The translations under genes and the position numbers were made by a program. Shown one piece after another: positions 18,950-27,242 of a stretch of DNA of 41,010 nucleotides. The DNA comes from a virus. Numbering within the stretch: the stretch's first letter is position 1; each line of letters begins with the position of its first letter. The stretch lies in the UHGV virus genome UHGV-0278352; one strand, given 5' to 3'. The notes beneath the pieces were generated by a model. The model saw nothing but the letters and a program-made list of their open reading frames with translations. It did not search any database and was not told where the DNA came from.

Positions 18950-19889
18950 CTATTTTTTGTACTAATTTGCGGGTTTCGTCATCATCATTCAATCCATTCT
19001 CAGCTACCATTTGATAGGTTTCTTGATAACGACGTATGTGATCCTTTCGTTCGGTCAAATATTTTATTTCATCTTCAGTATGTTCCATTAAGTTACGCAG
19101 TACTTTTCCCTTGCATTCAAGGGATTTATCAAACATGATAGGAGGAAAGTCAGGATTGCGGGAAATAAGTTTATTTTTTCCAAGTTCTTTTATATAGCAT
19201 ACTCCATTCAAAGTAAATACACCAATTTCTCCCAATTCTATTTTATTTGTTTCTTTTACAAGAAGTATATCAGTTCTCCAAAAGAGAGGGGCCATGGAAT
19301 CATCATCCATCGTAATCAAATAGTCGCCTTCTTTGTTTTCGTCATTATCCGGTATTTCTGTGTTGTCTATTTTTATATCGTCCCACATTACTTTTCCTGT
19401 AGCAGGAGAAGGATATGTTTGATAAAAACATACTGCTCGGCATGGTTCCATGGGAATGCAATCCATGGATGCAAGTTTTTCTAATTCAGCAATATACTGA
19501 GCTTGCTGAGACATTAGTTTCTCATTATGGGTCAAGGCTTTTACTCTATCTTCTTCCCAATTAAGTAGTTCATCAACATGTTGACGTCCATAATCATCGA
19601 GGTTACGGTACTTTTCGATCATGTTGATTTCAGACATGTCAAGTTGGAGACTACCATCTTCATTATACCCATCGTAGCCAAAAGCTGTAAGGACATCGTT
19701 AATTCCGTATGCCTTGCACATAACAAGTAAAGCATCGGGAGAAGGGCTACTGTTTCCAGATTCCCAACTATAAATAGTTTTTTCGGATGCTTTAAAACCT
19801 TTCTGTGTCAATATTTCTGATATCTGCTTTACTGTTATTCCGGAAGCGCTTCTATATTTTTTTAGTGTTTCCCCTATATTGTATGGCAT
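18912..19889 (-). CDS. immR: phage repressor: N-terminal XRE-family HTH plus C-terminal S24 (LexA/CI-like) peptidase-like domain
   Basis: HTH TVKQISEILTQKGFKASEKTIYSWESG. C-terminus MDDDSMAPLF...GEIGVFTLNGVCYIKELG with Ser and Lys in the LexA-like positions; divergent from the cro-like gene. Confidence 0.8.
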   Translation of the reverse strand: MPYNIGETLKKYRSASGITVKQISEILTQKGFKASEKTIYSWESGNSSPSPDALLVMCKAYGINDVLTAFGYDGYNEDGSLQLDMSEINMIEKYRNLDDYGRQHVDELLNWEEDRVKALTHNEKLMSQQAQYIAELEKLASMDCIPMEPCRAVCFYQTYPSPATGKVMWDDIKIDNTEIPDNDENKEGDYLITMDDDSMAPLFWRTDILLVKETNKIELGEIGVFTLNGVCYIKELGKNKLISRNPDFPPIMFDKSLECKGKVLRNLMEHTEDEIKYLTERKDHIRRYQETYQMVAENGLNDDDETRKLVQKIVDSLKETPDSND

Positions 19890-19939
19890 TGTAATAACCT
19901 CCTGTATACATAATATAGTCTAAAAAATTTAGCATGTCA

Positions 19940-20036
19940 ATAAAAAAATCTAACAATCTAAGAAAAAATATTGACATTCTAAGAAAAGTAGAATATCATA
20001 TAATTAATCTTAGAATCTAAGAAAGGAGGGGGATAG
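19940..20036. promoter_or_regulatory. divergent promoter/operator region between the repressor and cro-like genes
   Basis: Three direct TCTAAGAAA repeats (19957, 19978, 20016) plus an inverted partial copy ATCTTAGAAT (20007-20016); TTGACA at 19971-19976; AT-rich -10-like TATAAT at 19999-20004. Confidence 0.6.
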
Positions 20037-20273
20037 ATGAGAAGCGTAACAGACAATATATCTGAGTATGTCAGAAATACGGGGGTCAATATTTCAAAAA
20101 TGGCTAGAGATACGGGAATACCATATATGTCTTTGTATGATAGCCTGATGAATGAAAGGAGAGGAAGGGTGCTTAGAGATTGGGAAATGCTAAGAATATG
20201 CAAGTTTTTAGGCGTTAATCCAATGAATTTTGCTAGAGATATACTTGAAAACAACGAAAAGAAAGGAGCCTAA
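20037..20273 (+). CDS. Cro/XRE-like HTH regulator
   Basis: HTH VNISKMARDTGIPYMSLYDSL; RBS AAGGAGGGGG; divergent from the repressor. Confidence 0.75.
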   Translation: MRSVTDNISEYVRNTGVNISKMARDTGIPYMSLYDSLMNERRGRVLRDWEMLRICKFLGVNPMNFARDILENNEKKGA

Positions 20274-20279
20274 GAGAAC

Positions 20280-20447
20280 ATGAAAAAGGTGGACAAATCC
20301 AATCTAAAGGTAATCAATGTCATGAAGGATGGAAGGGAGCTGGAGACCCTGGAAGGTATAGAGGCGCCGGAAATCATCTACGATATTGTATTACGGGATT
20401 ATAAGGCGAGGGGAATTAAGCTGATTCCGGTGGATACATACGCTTAA
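20280..20447 (+). CDS. small hypothetical protein (55 aa)
   Basis: ATG 20280 after AAGGAG, TAA 20445-20447; below the ORF-track cutoff. Confidence 0.4.
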   Translation: MKKVDKSNLKVINVMKDGRELETLEGIEAPEIIYDIVLRDYKARGIKLIPVDTYA

Positions 20448-20474
20448 ACAATGAAACTTGGAAAGGAGAACAGA

Positions 20475-20639
20475 ATGAAAGTATCTATCAAAGGGTCGCC
20501 AAAGGAAATAGCTGCCCTCGCGTTAGTTCTGCGAGAGCAGTCGATGGAACAGATAAAATTAAAACGAGATGTAAAAGACTTACAAAAATATCTGTTAAGC
20601 GAAAGAAAAGAGATGCTGGATAACAAGGGAATTATTTGA
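20475..20639 (+). CDS. small hypothetical protein (54 aa from MKVSIKG)
   Basis: ORF track 20451..20639; preferred start ATG 20475 after GGAAAGGAG. Confidence 0.45.
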   Translation: MKVSIKGSPKEIAALALVLREQSMEQIKLKRDVKDLQKYLLSERKEMLDNKGII

Positions 20640-20913
20640 GCTTTGGTCCCCCCGCTTTTTTGTACAGATATCTTACCTTTTTTAGCGCAGATTCGGCCAT
20701 TTCAATTTCGCCGGTTAAACGGACACTTGAATCAGGTTTAACCATTTTGCTCAGTTCTTCGCTATACCAAGATAGAGCAGTGTCCATTGCAGCAAGCTCC
20801 ATTAATGTGAATGTATCAGGCGCACTCGCTAAGTGTTCATATAGTTGTTTGTAATTGCTCAAAAAATCACTCCTTCGTATGTACTCGGCCCTGGCGGGGG
20901 CCTGTAAGTACAT
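20632..20913 (-). CDS. reverse-oriented small helical protein (about 94 aa; start uncertain)
   Basis: C-terminal 90 aa of minus ORF 20632..21129 look protein-like (YKQLYEHLASAPDTFTLMELAAMDTALSWYSEELSKMVK...), whereas the overlapping plus ORF 20636..20854 is Ser-rich noise. N-terminal 70 aa of the long minus ORF are antisense to gene 20944..21273 and were discarded; no clear SD at Met 20913. Confidence 0.4.
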   Translation of the reverse strand: MYLQAPARAEYIRRSDFLSNYKQLYEHLASAPDTFTLMELAAMDTALSWYSEELSKMVKPDSSVRLTGEIEMAESALKKVRYLYKKAGGPKLK

Positions 20914-20943
20914 TATAGGACGGGAGGGGAGAAAAAACAAGGA

Positions 20944-21273
20944 ATGAGAGGTAATGGAATCATGGAAATAAAGCGAGTCACAAAGAAAAAGGCCGAAGAG
21001 CTGGCAATGCAGCTTCTGGGCACCAGGAAGGTAACGAAGAAAGATGAATATGGATATTACTTCCAGTCCGGTCAGATAAAAATAAGGATAACACCATGGT
21101 ACACGAAAGGGAGTAAGAAAAGTTTCCAAACGTTTTTTCTGGCCGGGAAATGGTATGAAGGAGAAACACTGGAGGTATTTATATGGATTGGAGACTTTTA
21201 TAACCGGGAGATGTTCTTCACAGTAGACACCATGGAGGAAATCTATTATGAGTATAAAGCTGATAAGAGCTAA
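20944..21273 (+). CDS. hypothetical protein (109 aa)
   Basis: ORF track; GGGAGGGGAG upstream; alternative start at MEIKRV (20962). Confidence 0.55.
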   Translation: MRGNGIMEIKRVTKKKAEELAMQLLGTRKVTKKDEYGYYFQSGQIKIRITPWYTKGSKKSFQTFFLAGKWYEGETLEVFIWIGDFYNREMFFTVDTMEEIYYEYKADKS

Positions 21274-21430
21274 AAGAGAACGTGTGACGGGAGAAGATTA
21301 TTGGAGATATGAGTGCAGGAAGGCCAGGAAAGAAAGAGAATTTTATAAATGTTGGTCTGCGGTCTATCTGCTTCTGCTTGGGTTTTTAACAATGGTAATC
21401 ATGTATTTGGTGATGTACGGAGGAAAATAG
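21248..21430 (+). CDS. small membrane protein (60 aa, C-terminal TM helix)
   Basis: ORF track; hydrophobic C-terminus VYLLLLGFLTMVIMYLVMY. Confidence 0.4.
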   Translation: MSIKLIRAKRERVTGEDYWRYECRKARKEREFYKCWSAVYLLLLGFLTMVIMYLVMYGGK

Positions 21431-21436
21431 GAAACA

Positions 21437-21606
21437 TGGCAAGAAAGTTTAGAAAGTGCGAATACTGCCAGGGGAATCTGGACCCATTTGAAAAGTGTAA
21501 TTGTCGAGAGATGAATGGAAGAAATTACACATCAATTGAGGGGGCTGGATATAAACCGGTGTCAATTAGGCCAATCAGTTACTACAATAAAAAACCGGCT
21601 GAATAA
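21437..21606 (+). CDS. small Cys-rich zinc-ribbon protein (56 aa)
   Basis: ORF 21349..21606 with ATG 21437 after GGAGGAAAA; CEYCQ...CNC motif. Confidence 0.45.
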
Positions 21607-21701
21607 ATCAGCCGGGGTGGACAGGGGAGGACCCTGCCCAGCCTGTGCAAATTAAGTATATCTGATATGGCCAAAGAAATCAAGGAGATTTGGAGGCACA
21701 T

Positions 21702-22268
21702 ATGGGAATTGAGACAAAAAATCCGATAAAAAAAGACGAATTGGAAACGTTCAGGAAGTCATTAAAGATAGGAGACCAGTTAATATATTATGAATCCGTG
21801 CCACGAAACGATGGCGTGGGGGGCTCCAGGATGGTCAAGAGGCGTATGCAAGTGACCGGTGTATATAAACATCTAATCACCTTGCAACTCGGAAGGCTAC
21901 AGCGGAGCATGACTATACAGGAGGCTCTGCTATACAATGTAAAGCGGCGTAAGAAACAGGAGGATGTAGTACAGAGTCAGGAAGAAATGTTGGAAGAACG
22001 CAGGAAAAAGATAATGCATATGGTATATCGTGGTATGAGCAATGATGAGATAGCAGAAAAGACCGGATATAGCCGAAAGACAGTAGCAGGTGTGATACGA
22101 AATGCAAAGCAAAAAAGCAGAAAAATAAACGAGAAGCACATGCGGATTATGAAACTAAAAGCATCCGGGCATGGAGTGAATGAGATAGCACGTATGATAG
22201 GATGCAGCAGTTCGACTGTAACAAGAGTAATAAAAAAGCATGAGGCAAAAAATGAGTGTACTGCGTGA
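21702..22268 (+). CDS. DNA-binding protein with two tandem HTH motifs (sigma-70 region 4 / HTH_23-like); putative transcription regulator
   Basis: MSNDEIAEKTGYSRKTVAGVIRNAKQK and GVNEIARMIGCSSSTVTRVIKKHEA; ATG 21702 five nt after GGAGG (the ORF-track start 21690 is a TTG). Confidence 0.6.
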   Translation: MGIETKNPIKKDELETFRKSLKIGDQLIYYESVPRNDGVGGSRMVKRRMQVTGVYKHLITLQLGRLQRSMTIQEALLYNVKRRKKQEDVVQSQEEMLEERRKKIMHMVYRGMSNDEIAEKTGYSRKTVAGVIRNAKQKSRKINEKHMRIMKLKASGHGVNEIARMIGCSSSTVTRVIKKHEAKNECTA

Positions 22269-22545
22269 ATTGGCAGAAGGTTTTGGTATGAGTGAAAGTG
22301 AAATGTGTATCAAATCCGGTTACTCTCCTTTAGACGTAAAACGAATTCTGGAGGCGGATACTACCATATATCCAGGAGAATTTCAGAAACTAATGAGAGA
22401 TTTTAGGGTTATGTCGCTGAAAAAGCGTGATTATGATATGAATTCGGCAAAGATTACGCATCAATGGAGGTTGAAGCTTCTGGAGGAAATAGCAGAAAAA
22501 CGTGGTATAGACATAAGACCATGTGAGGACCCACATGTATTTTGA
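22252..22545 (+). CDS. small putative DNA-binding protein, paralog A of a pair flanking parAB
   Basis: MSVLRELAEGFGMSESEMCIKSGYSPLDVKRILEA... resembles 24602..24925 (MKLKELAHTFNMSVSDLCKMIGYTQQGLNRILRS...). Confidence 0.55.
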   Translation: MSVLRELAEGFGMSESEMCIKSGYSPLDVKRILEADTTIYPGEFQKLMRDFRVMSLKKRDYDMNSAKITHQWRLKLLEEIAEKRGIDIRPCEDPHVF

Positions 22546-22557
22546 TGGAGGCAAATC

Positions 22558-23328
22558 ATGAGAATCATTAGCATTATTAATTTAAAGGGTGGAGTTGGAA
22601 AAACCATGACAGCCCTTGAAATGGGATACATATTGCACCATAGATACGGACAGAGCGTATTGCTGGTGGACAATGATAAGCAGGGGAATCTGAGCCAAGC
22701 CATGGGAAGATATCATGCAGAGGACCATATGTGCGGCACGGCCCAGCTTCTGGCAGGGCGGGATGTGAATAAAATCATGAGATTTACGGATGAGTCGGGC
22801 CTGGGGGTGGTGAGTGCCAATATGTCCCTTCTGACATCCACATACCGGTTATTGAGTAAATCCGGGGAGAAAGTGGAGCGGTTTGAAACCTTGCGTAATG
22901 CCAGGGCAGAGGATGGGGAAACGTACGATTATGTTATTATAGATAATCCTCCAGATATGGGGATTAATGTAATAAATGCACTAATGGTCACCAATGACGT
23001 AATAGTGCCGGTAAAACTGGACCAGTGGGCGCTGGACGGGTTGGAAATCATCAAGGACCAAATATCAGAATGCAGGGAGCGAAACCCGGGAATAAGTCTA
23101 CTGGGAATCCTGGTCACTATGTACCGTAATAACGATACAAATGTAGCCGGAGTTGAATGGTTGCAGGACCAGGGATATAAAATGTTTGAGGAAAAAATAC
23201 GGTACAGCGAAAAAGTATCTGAAAGCATAATGATGGGGAAGCCACTGGAGGAATACAGCCCCAGAAGTGCGGCTGCTGCCAGTTACCGCAGATTTGTGGA
23301 AGAATACAGGAGAATGGCCGGTGAGTAA
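22558..23328 (+). CDS. parA: ParA/Soj-family partition ATPase
   Basis: Deviant Walker A NLKGGVGKTM; 256 aa; followed by ParB. Confidence 0.85.
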   Translation: MRIISIINLKGGVGKTMTALEMGYILHHRYGQSVLLVDNDKQGNLSQAMGRYHAEDHMCGTAQLLAGRDVNKIMRFTDESGLGVVSANMSLLTSTYRLLSKSGEKVERFETLRNARAEDGETYDYVIIDNPPDMGINVINALMVTNDVIVPVKLDQWALDGLEIIKDQISECRERNPGISLLGILVTMYRNNDTNVAGVEWLQDQGYKMFEEKIRYSEKVSESIMMGKPLEEYSPRSAAAASYRRFVEEYRRMAGE

Positions 23329-23349
23329 AATCAAATTCAGGAGGACATT

Positions 23350-24372
23350 ATGTCGTGGTCATTTAAGGAATTATTAAATACGGTTGAAACACCAGGTTCA
23401 GATTTCGCAGAAATCTATTTAAGCCCTTATGAAGTAGAGCCTTCAGAAAGTAATTTTTATAGTCAGGAAAACATTGAGGAGCTGGCAGATTCCATGCTTA
23501 CGGTAGGACAACAGCAGCCGACTGTACTTGGACAGGTAGATGGCGTGTACAAAATTATAAGCGGCCATAGAAGGAATCTCGCCAATATACATAATATAGA
23601 ATGCGGGGCGCTTCCCAGGGACTACAAGGCGAGATACTTCTATAAAGAAATGACATCAGCCTTATTTGAACTATCTCTTATCATCGGAAATGCCTTTAAC
23701 CGCAAACTTACCCCATATGAAGAAACAGAGCAAGCTGCTCGTTTGAAAGCGGCCCTTATACGGGCCAGAGAAGAAGATGGAATAATTATAAAGGGAAAAA
23801 TGCGGGATATTGTTGCGGATATCCTTAAGACCAGCAAGACCCAAGTGGCAAGGATGGATAAAATAAACAATGGCCTGGTGCCAGAGGCAAAGGAACAGTT
23901 TAAGGCAGGAACAATAGGAAAAACTGCTGCATATGAGACTGCAAAACTTCCGGCAGAGGAACAGAAGGAAATTGCCGCTGCTGCGGCAGAGGGGAAGGAA
24001 GTCCGCCACAAAGAAATTACAGAACGTGTCAGAGAGAAGCAGGAAATCAGGGCGGCACAGAAGGCCGCAGAACGTGCTGAAAAGGCCGCAAAGCGGGCGG
24101 AACATGCGCAAATTGCAGCTGCACAAGCTGGGGTGCAAGCGGAGAAAGCGGCGGAAAATGCAGAAATGACCGCTACAGGATTTACAGATACAGCCATGAA
24201 CCAGCCGGAGCAGTCAGAAGCGGAAAAACAGGAATGGTCAACCAGGGAGTGGGCCATATACACATTACAGGAAATCATGATGCAGGCAAGTCTTGTAACT
24301 GACGACGATTTGATAGTTTTACAAGATATTTTAGTGAAAGTAACTGAGCGGAGCCATAAGAGGACAAAATGA
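23350..24372 (+). CDS. parB: ParB-family partition protein (ParB/Srx N-domain, Ala-rich coiled C-terminus)
   Basis: KIISGHRRNLA (GHRR motif); HTH region; C-terminal AAAAEGKEVRHKEITERVREKQEIRAAQKAAERAEKAAKRAEHAQ. Confidence 0.8.
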   Translation: MSWSFKELLNTVETPGSDFAEIYLSPYEVEPSESNFYSQENIEELADSMLTVGQQQPTVLGQVDGVYKIISGHRRNLANIHNIECGALPRDYKARYFYKEMTSALFELSLIIGNAFNRKLTPYEETEQAARLKAALIRAREEDGIIIKGKMRDIVADILKTSKTQVARMDKINNGLVPEAKEQFKAGTIGKTAAYETAKLPAEEQKEIAAAAAEGKEVRHKEITERVREKQEIRAAQKAAERAEKAAKRAEHAQIAAAQAGVQAEKAAENAEMTATGFTDTAMNQPEQSEAEKQEWSTREWAIYTLQEIMMQASLVTDDDLIVLQDILVKVTERSHKRTK

Positions 24373-24373
24373 A

Positions 24374-24562
24374 GTGAAAAGAAATAGTATTGATTCAGTT
24401 TTTGACCGCATCGGTGTGGTAAGCGAAATAAAAGCGGATGGAAACATTGTATTCAGAGGCGGTAATTTAACACCGACAGATATTGATACACTATCGCATA
24501 TTCGTATCAATAATATTACAGGCCAGATATTTAATGATAGAAGCACGTATTTAGTTGATTAA
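24374..24562 (+). CDS. small hypothetical protein (62 aa, GTG start)
   Basis: ORF track; starts 1 nt after the parB stop. Confidence 0.4.
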   Translation: MKRNSIDSVFDRIGVVSEIKADGNIVFRGGNLTPTDIDTLSHIRINNITGQIFNDRSTYLVD

Positions 24563-24601
24563 TAATTTCGGCAAACGCGAGATTATAGAAAGGATTAATC
24601 C

Positions 24602-24925
24602 ATGAAATTGAAAGAGCTGGCACACACATTTAATATGAGCGTATCGGACTTGTGTAAGATGATTGGATATACACAGCAGGGCCTTAACCGCATATTAAGG
24701 AGCGAACGAGTTGTTTACCCTGAACGCTTCCGGGATGCTCTTTATAAACTGTTGATGATATCAAACGAGATAGAGCAAAAAGAGGTCGATGCAGCTCGGG
24801 AGAAGTCACAGAAACGATTTCAGATGTTGGATAAATTGGCAGAGAGTAAGGGTGTGCAGTGGAAACCAAATCAGGAACCATTTGACGATTCGCCAGAAGG
24901 AATTTTAAAGAGAGCACGTATTTAG
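24602..24925 (+). CDS. small putative DNA-binding protein, paralog B (see 22252..22545)
   Basis: Sequence similarity to paralog A along the whole length. Confidence 0.55.
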   Translation: MKLKELAHTFNMSVSDLCKMIGYTQQGLNRILRSERVVYPERFRDALYKLLMISNEIEQKEVDAAREKSQKRFQMLDKLAESKGVQWKPNQEPFDDSPEGILKRARI

Positions 24926-24931
24926 TGAATT

Positions 24932-24971
24932 AATGTACATTGACAATTGAATATTGATGATTGGAAAAATA
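24932..24971. promoter_or_regulatory. copy A of a conserved 40-nt promoter/operator element (AATGTACATTGAcAATTgAATATTGATgAtTGGAAAAATA)
   Basis: 36 of 40 nt identical to 28022..28061; contains the perfect 10-bp palindrome AATGTACATT and a TTGACA -35-like box; precedes gene 25013..25525. Confidence 0.55.
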
Positions 24972-25012
24972 TTAGATATAATAATATCATTACTATCAAA
25001 AGTGGAGGGGAT

Positions 25013-25525
25013 ATGAGCAGGGATATATTTTTTCTGATAATTGGTGCGGCAATATCGTTTGTTCCAAATATGATATTAGAATTTTTAAAATGTAGTTTTG
25101 ATGCATACAGGGCAAGGAAAGAAAGGCGGAGTAGATTAATTGATATCGTATATATGGATAAACTAAATGCATATAAAGACCTGTTTTGCATGTTCTACCA
25201 AATCAACGAAATTTTGTTTGAATTATCATTTGATATTGAGAACAAAATTGATATCCAATCTTTTGATTTGAGTAAGCAATATAAAGAACTAGAACAATAT
25301 TTTACAAAAAATAAAATCTATTTCAACAAGAAGAGCATTAAAAAATTTTCAATTACAATTGTAAATATAGGAAGTTTGGATTACATACTCCCCATTCATA
25401 ATGATGGAAATGGTATTTGTGAAAATGAACTTATGCAGTGGTCAAGAAGGCTGTTACCTGAAATAAATGATTGTATAAGTTGTATTCGAAAAGATATGGG
25501 GTTAGAAGAGTTGGATAGGGTTTGA
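25013..25525 (+). CDS. AT-rich protein with N-terminal transmembrane helix (171 aa); candidate exclusion, abortive-infection or moron function
   Basis: ORF 24947..25525 with ATG 25013 after GTGGAGGGG; FFLIIGAAISFVPNMILEFL TM segment; N/I/K-rich composition unlike its neighbours. Confidence 0.55.
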   Translation: MSRDIFFLIIGAAISFVPNMILEFLKCSFDAYRARKERRSRLIDIVYMDKLNAYKDLFCMFYQINEILFELSFDIENKIDIQSFDLSKQYKELEQYFTKNKIYFNKKSIKKFSITIVNIGSLDYILPIHNDGNGICENELMQWSRRLLPEINDCISCIRKDMGLEELDRV

Positions 25526-25532
25526 AAAATAG

Positions 25533-25564
25533 CCAATCATCAATATTTGATGGTTGGTTTTTTA
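25533..25564 (+). terminator. rho-independent terminator
   Basis: CCAATCATCA-atatt-TGATGGTTGG followed by TTTTTTA. Confidence 0.6.
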
Positions 25565-25595
25565 TTACCCAAAACAGCTTATTTAGGAGAACAAA

Positions 25596-25787
25596 ATGAA
25601 GTTGTTGATTATATGGCTGAAAAGAAATGGTAATTGTCGATACTGGACAAATTCAAAGAGAATAGAACAGGCTGCAATGTCACTTGTATGCCTTCGCGGT
25701 GCGATTGAACGAATGGCGGCAGAAGATGGGATTTCTTTTGATGAAGCATGGAAAAAATATTTTAAAACAATTAATGGCGAACGTTAG
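25596..25787 (+). CDS. small hypothetical protein (63 aa)
   Basis: ORF track; GGAGAAC upstream. Confidence 0.45.
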   Translation: MKLLIIWLKRNGNCRYWTNSKRIEQAAMSLVCLRGAIERMAAEDGISFDEAWKKYFKTINGER

Positions 25788-25912
25788 ATTACAACACAGC
25801 AGCGCATACCGGTACCTGATTCGCAGGACCGTGACTGCGTAAAGATAGCTGGCATGGCTCTGGTGTATGCACAACCAGTAAGACCAGCAGCGGATGTGCC
25901 TATGGAGAGATA

Positions 25913-26017
25913 ATGGAGGACCATACGGCCAGGGGTTCCGGTCTGGCGCACATCCACTATATCGTTATTTTGAAAACCAAGGAAGGAGGCCGGGCTATCC
26001 GGAGGAAAGGAGCATAG
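25913..26017 (+). CDS. possible small leader ORF (34 aa) translationally coupled to the lar-like gene
   Basis: ATG 25913 after GGAGAG; TAG 26015-26017 abuts the ATG at 26018; same frame is open from ATG 25853. Confidence 0.3.
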   Translation: MEDHTARGSGLAHIHYIVILKTKEGGRAIRRKGA

Positions 26018-26200
26018 ATGGAACAATTAAAACCTTGTCCATTTTGTGGAAATGAATTCCCGACATTGACGAAATGCTATGGGAACATATACATAGTAGC
26101 TTGCCCACAATGCCAAACATATTTTGGTTGTGACTGCACAGCGGGGCATGATAGAAGTAAAGAAGAAACAATAGCACGGTGGAATAGTCGTGTAAATTAG
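26018..26200 (+). CDS. lar: Lar-family restriction alleviation protein (zinc ribbon)
   Basis: MEQLKPCPFCG N-terminus typical of Lar_restr_allev, second Cys pair CPQC; 60 aa. Confidence 0.65.
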   Translation: MEQLKPCPFCGNEFPTLTKCYGNIYIVACPQCQTYFGCDCTAGHDRSKEETIARWNSRVN

Positions 26201-26224
26201 CATTTTCCACAGGAGGATGGCAAT

Positions 26225-26737
26225 ATGAAAGCAATAACAATTTGGCAGCCGTGGGCGTCACTTATCGCCTGCGGTGTGAAAAAGTATGAAACGCGGAGTT
26301 GGGCAACGAAGTATAGGGGGCCTATTGCGATACATTCAGCGCTGAAACCATTTGTAAACTGTTGGTCCTGGTCCACATCTGCAAGAGCCAGGGAAGTCAT
26401 CTTGCGGAGAATGGGGCTGACAGAAAATTTTGAACCTGAGAAATATTTTCCAGCAGGATGTATTCTCGCTACGGCAGAACTGGTAAATGTATGGCGTATA
26501 ACACATTACCCCGGAACGAACGTTGAAGTGGCGCGGAACATTCCTATTGGGGCTGAAAGTCTGACAAACGATAAACATGCGCCGGGTTTTGGAGATTTCA
26601 TTGTGCCTACGAATGATGAAATAGCCATTGGAGACTGGACGCCAGGGCGCTATGCGTGGGAACTGGATAATATAAAACTGTTTTCTCTACCAATTCCGGC
26701 AAGGGGGCGGCAGGGACTATGGAATTGGGAAAATTAG
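26225..26737 (+). CDS. ASCH domain protein
   Basis: MKAITIWQPWASLIACGVKKYETRSW N-terminus matches the ASCH/PUA-like hallmark. Confidence 0.8.
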   Translation: MKAITIWQPWASLIACGVKKYETRSWATKYRGPIAIHSALKPFVNCWSWSTSARAREVILRRMGLTENFEPEKYFPAGCILATAELVNVWRITHYPGTNVEVARNIPIGAESLTNDKHAPGFGDFIVPTNDEIAIGDWTPGRYAWELDNIKLFSLPIPARGRQGLWNWEN

Positions 26738-26762
26738 CATTTGATAGAGAAGGAGGTACAAG

Positions 26763-27227
26763 ATGGCATATGCTGAAAAAACTACGGTATCCGTGGCACG
26801 GACGAAGGCAAATATAGAAGAGCTTGTTCAAACACACGGAGCAGAACAGTTTGTGAGCGGATACAAAGCTAATATGGCGGTTATCGGATTTACAATGTCC
26901 GGGCGGCAGATTCGATTTCTGCTTCCTCTCCCAGACAAGTCAGCGAAAGAATTTTGGTATACTCCGGGCCGAGGGCAACGCCGGGCGGATGATGCGGCGC
27001 ATACTGCATGGGAGCAAGCCTGCCGAAGCCGTTGGAGGGCACTGTATTTAATTGTCAAGGCTAAGCTGGAGGCGGTGGAGGCTGGTATCAGCACGGTGGA
27101 GCGGGAGTTTTTGTACGATATTGTATTGCCAGATGGACGGACGGCTGGAGAATGGATTGCACCGCAGATTGAGATGTCATACCAGACGGGGCAGATGCCA
27201 GCAATGCTGCCGATGTTGGAAAATTAG
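26763..27227 (+). CDS. hypothetical protein (154 aa)
   Basis: ORF track, AGAAGGAGG RBS; GC-richer than its neighbours. Confidence 0.55.
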   Translation: MAYAEKTTVSVARTKANIEELVQTHGAEQFVSGYKANMAVIGFTMSGRQIRFLLPLPDKSAKEFWYTPGRGQRRADDAAHTAWEQACRSRWRALYLIVKAKLEAVEAGISTVEREFLYDIVLPDGRTAGEWIAPQIEMSYQTGQMPAMLPMLEN

Positions 27228-27242
27228 GATTGAGGTGACGAA

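Noticed and set aside
20636-20854. Plus-strand ORF 20636..20854 (72 aa)
   Set aside because: Ser-rich, non-protein-like translation; the opposite strand encodes a convincing helical protein, so this is probably the antisense shadow.
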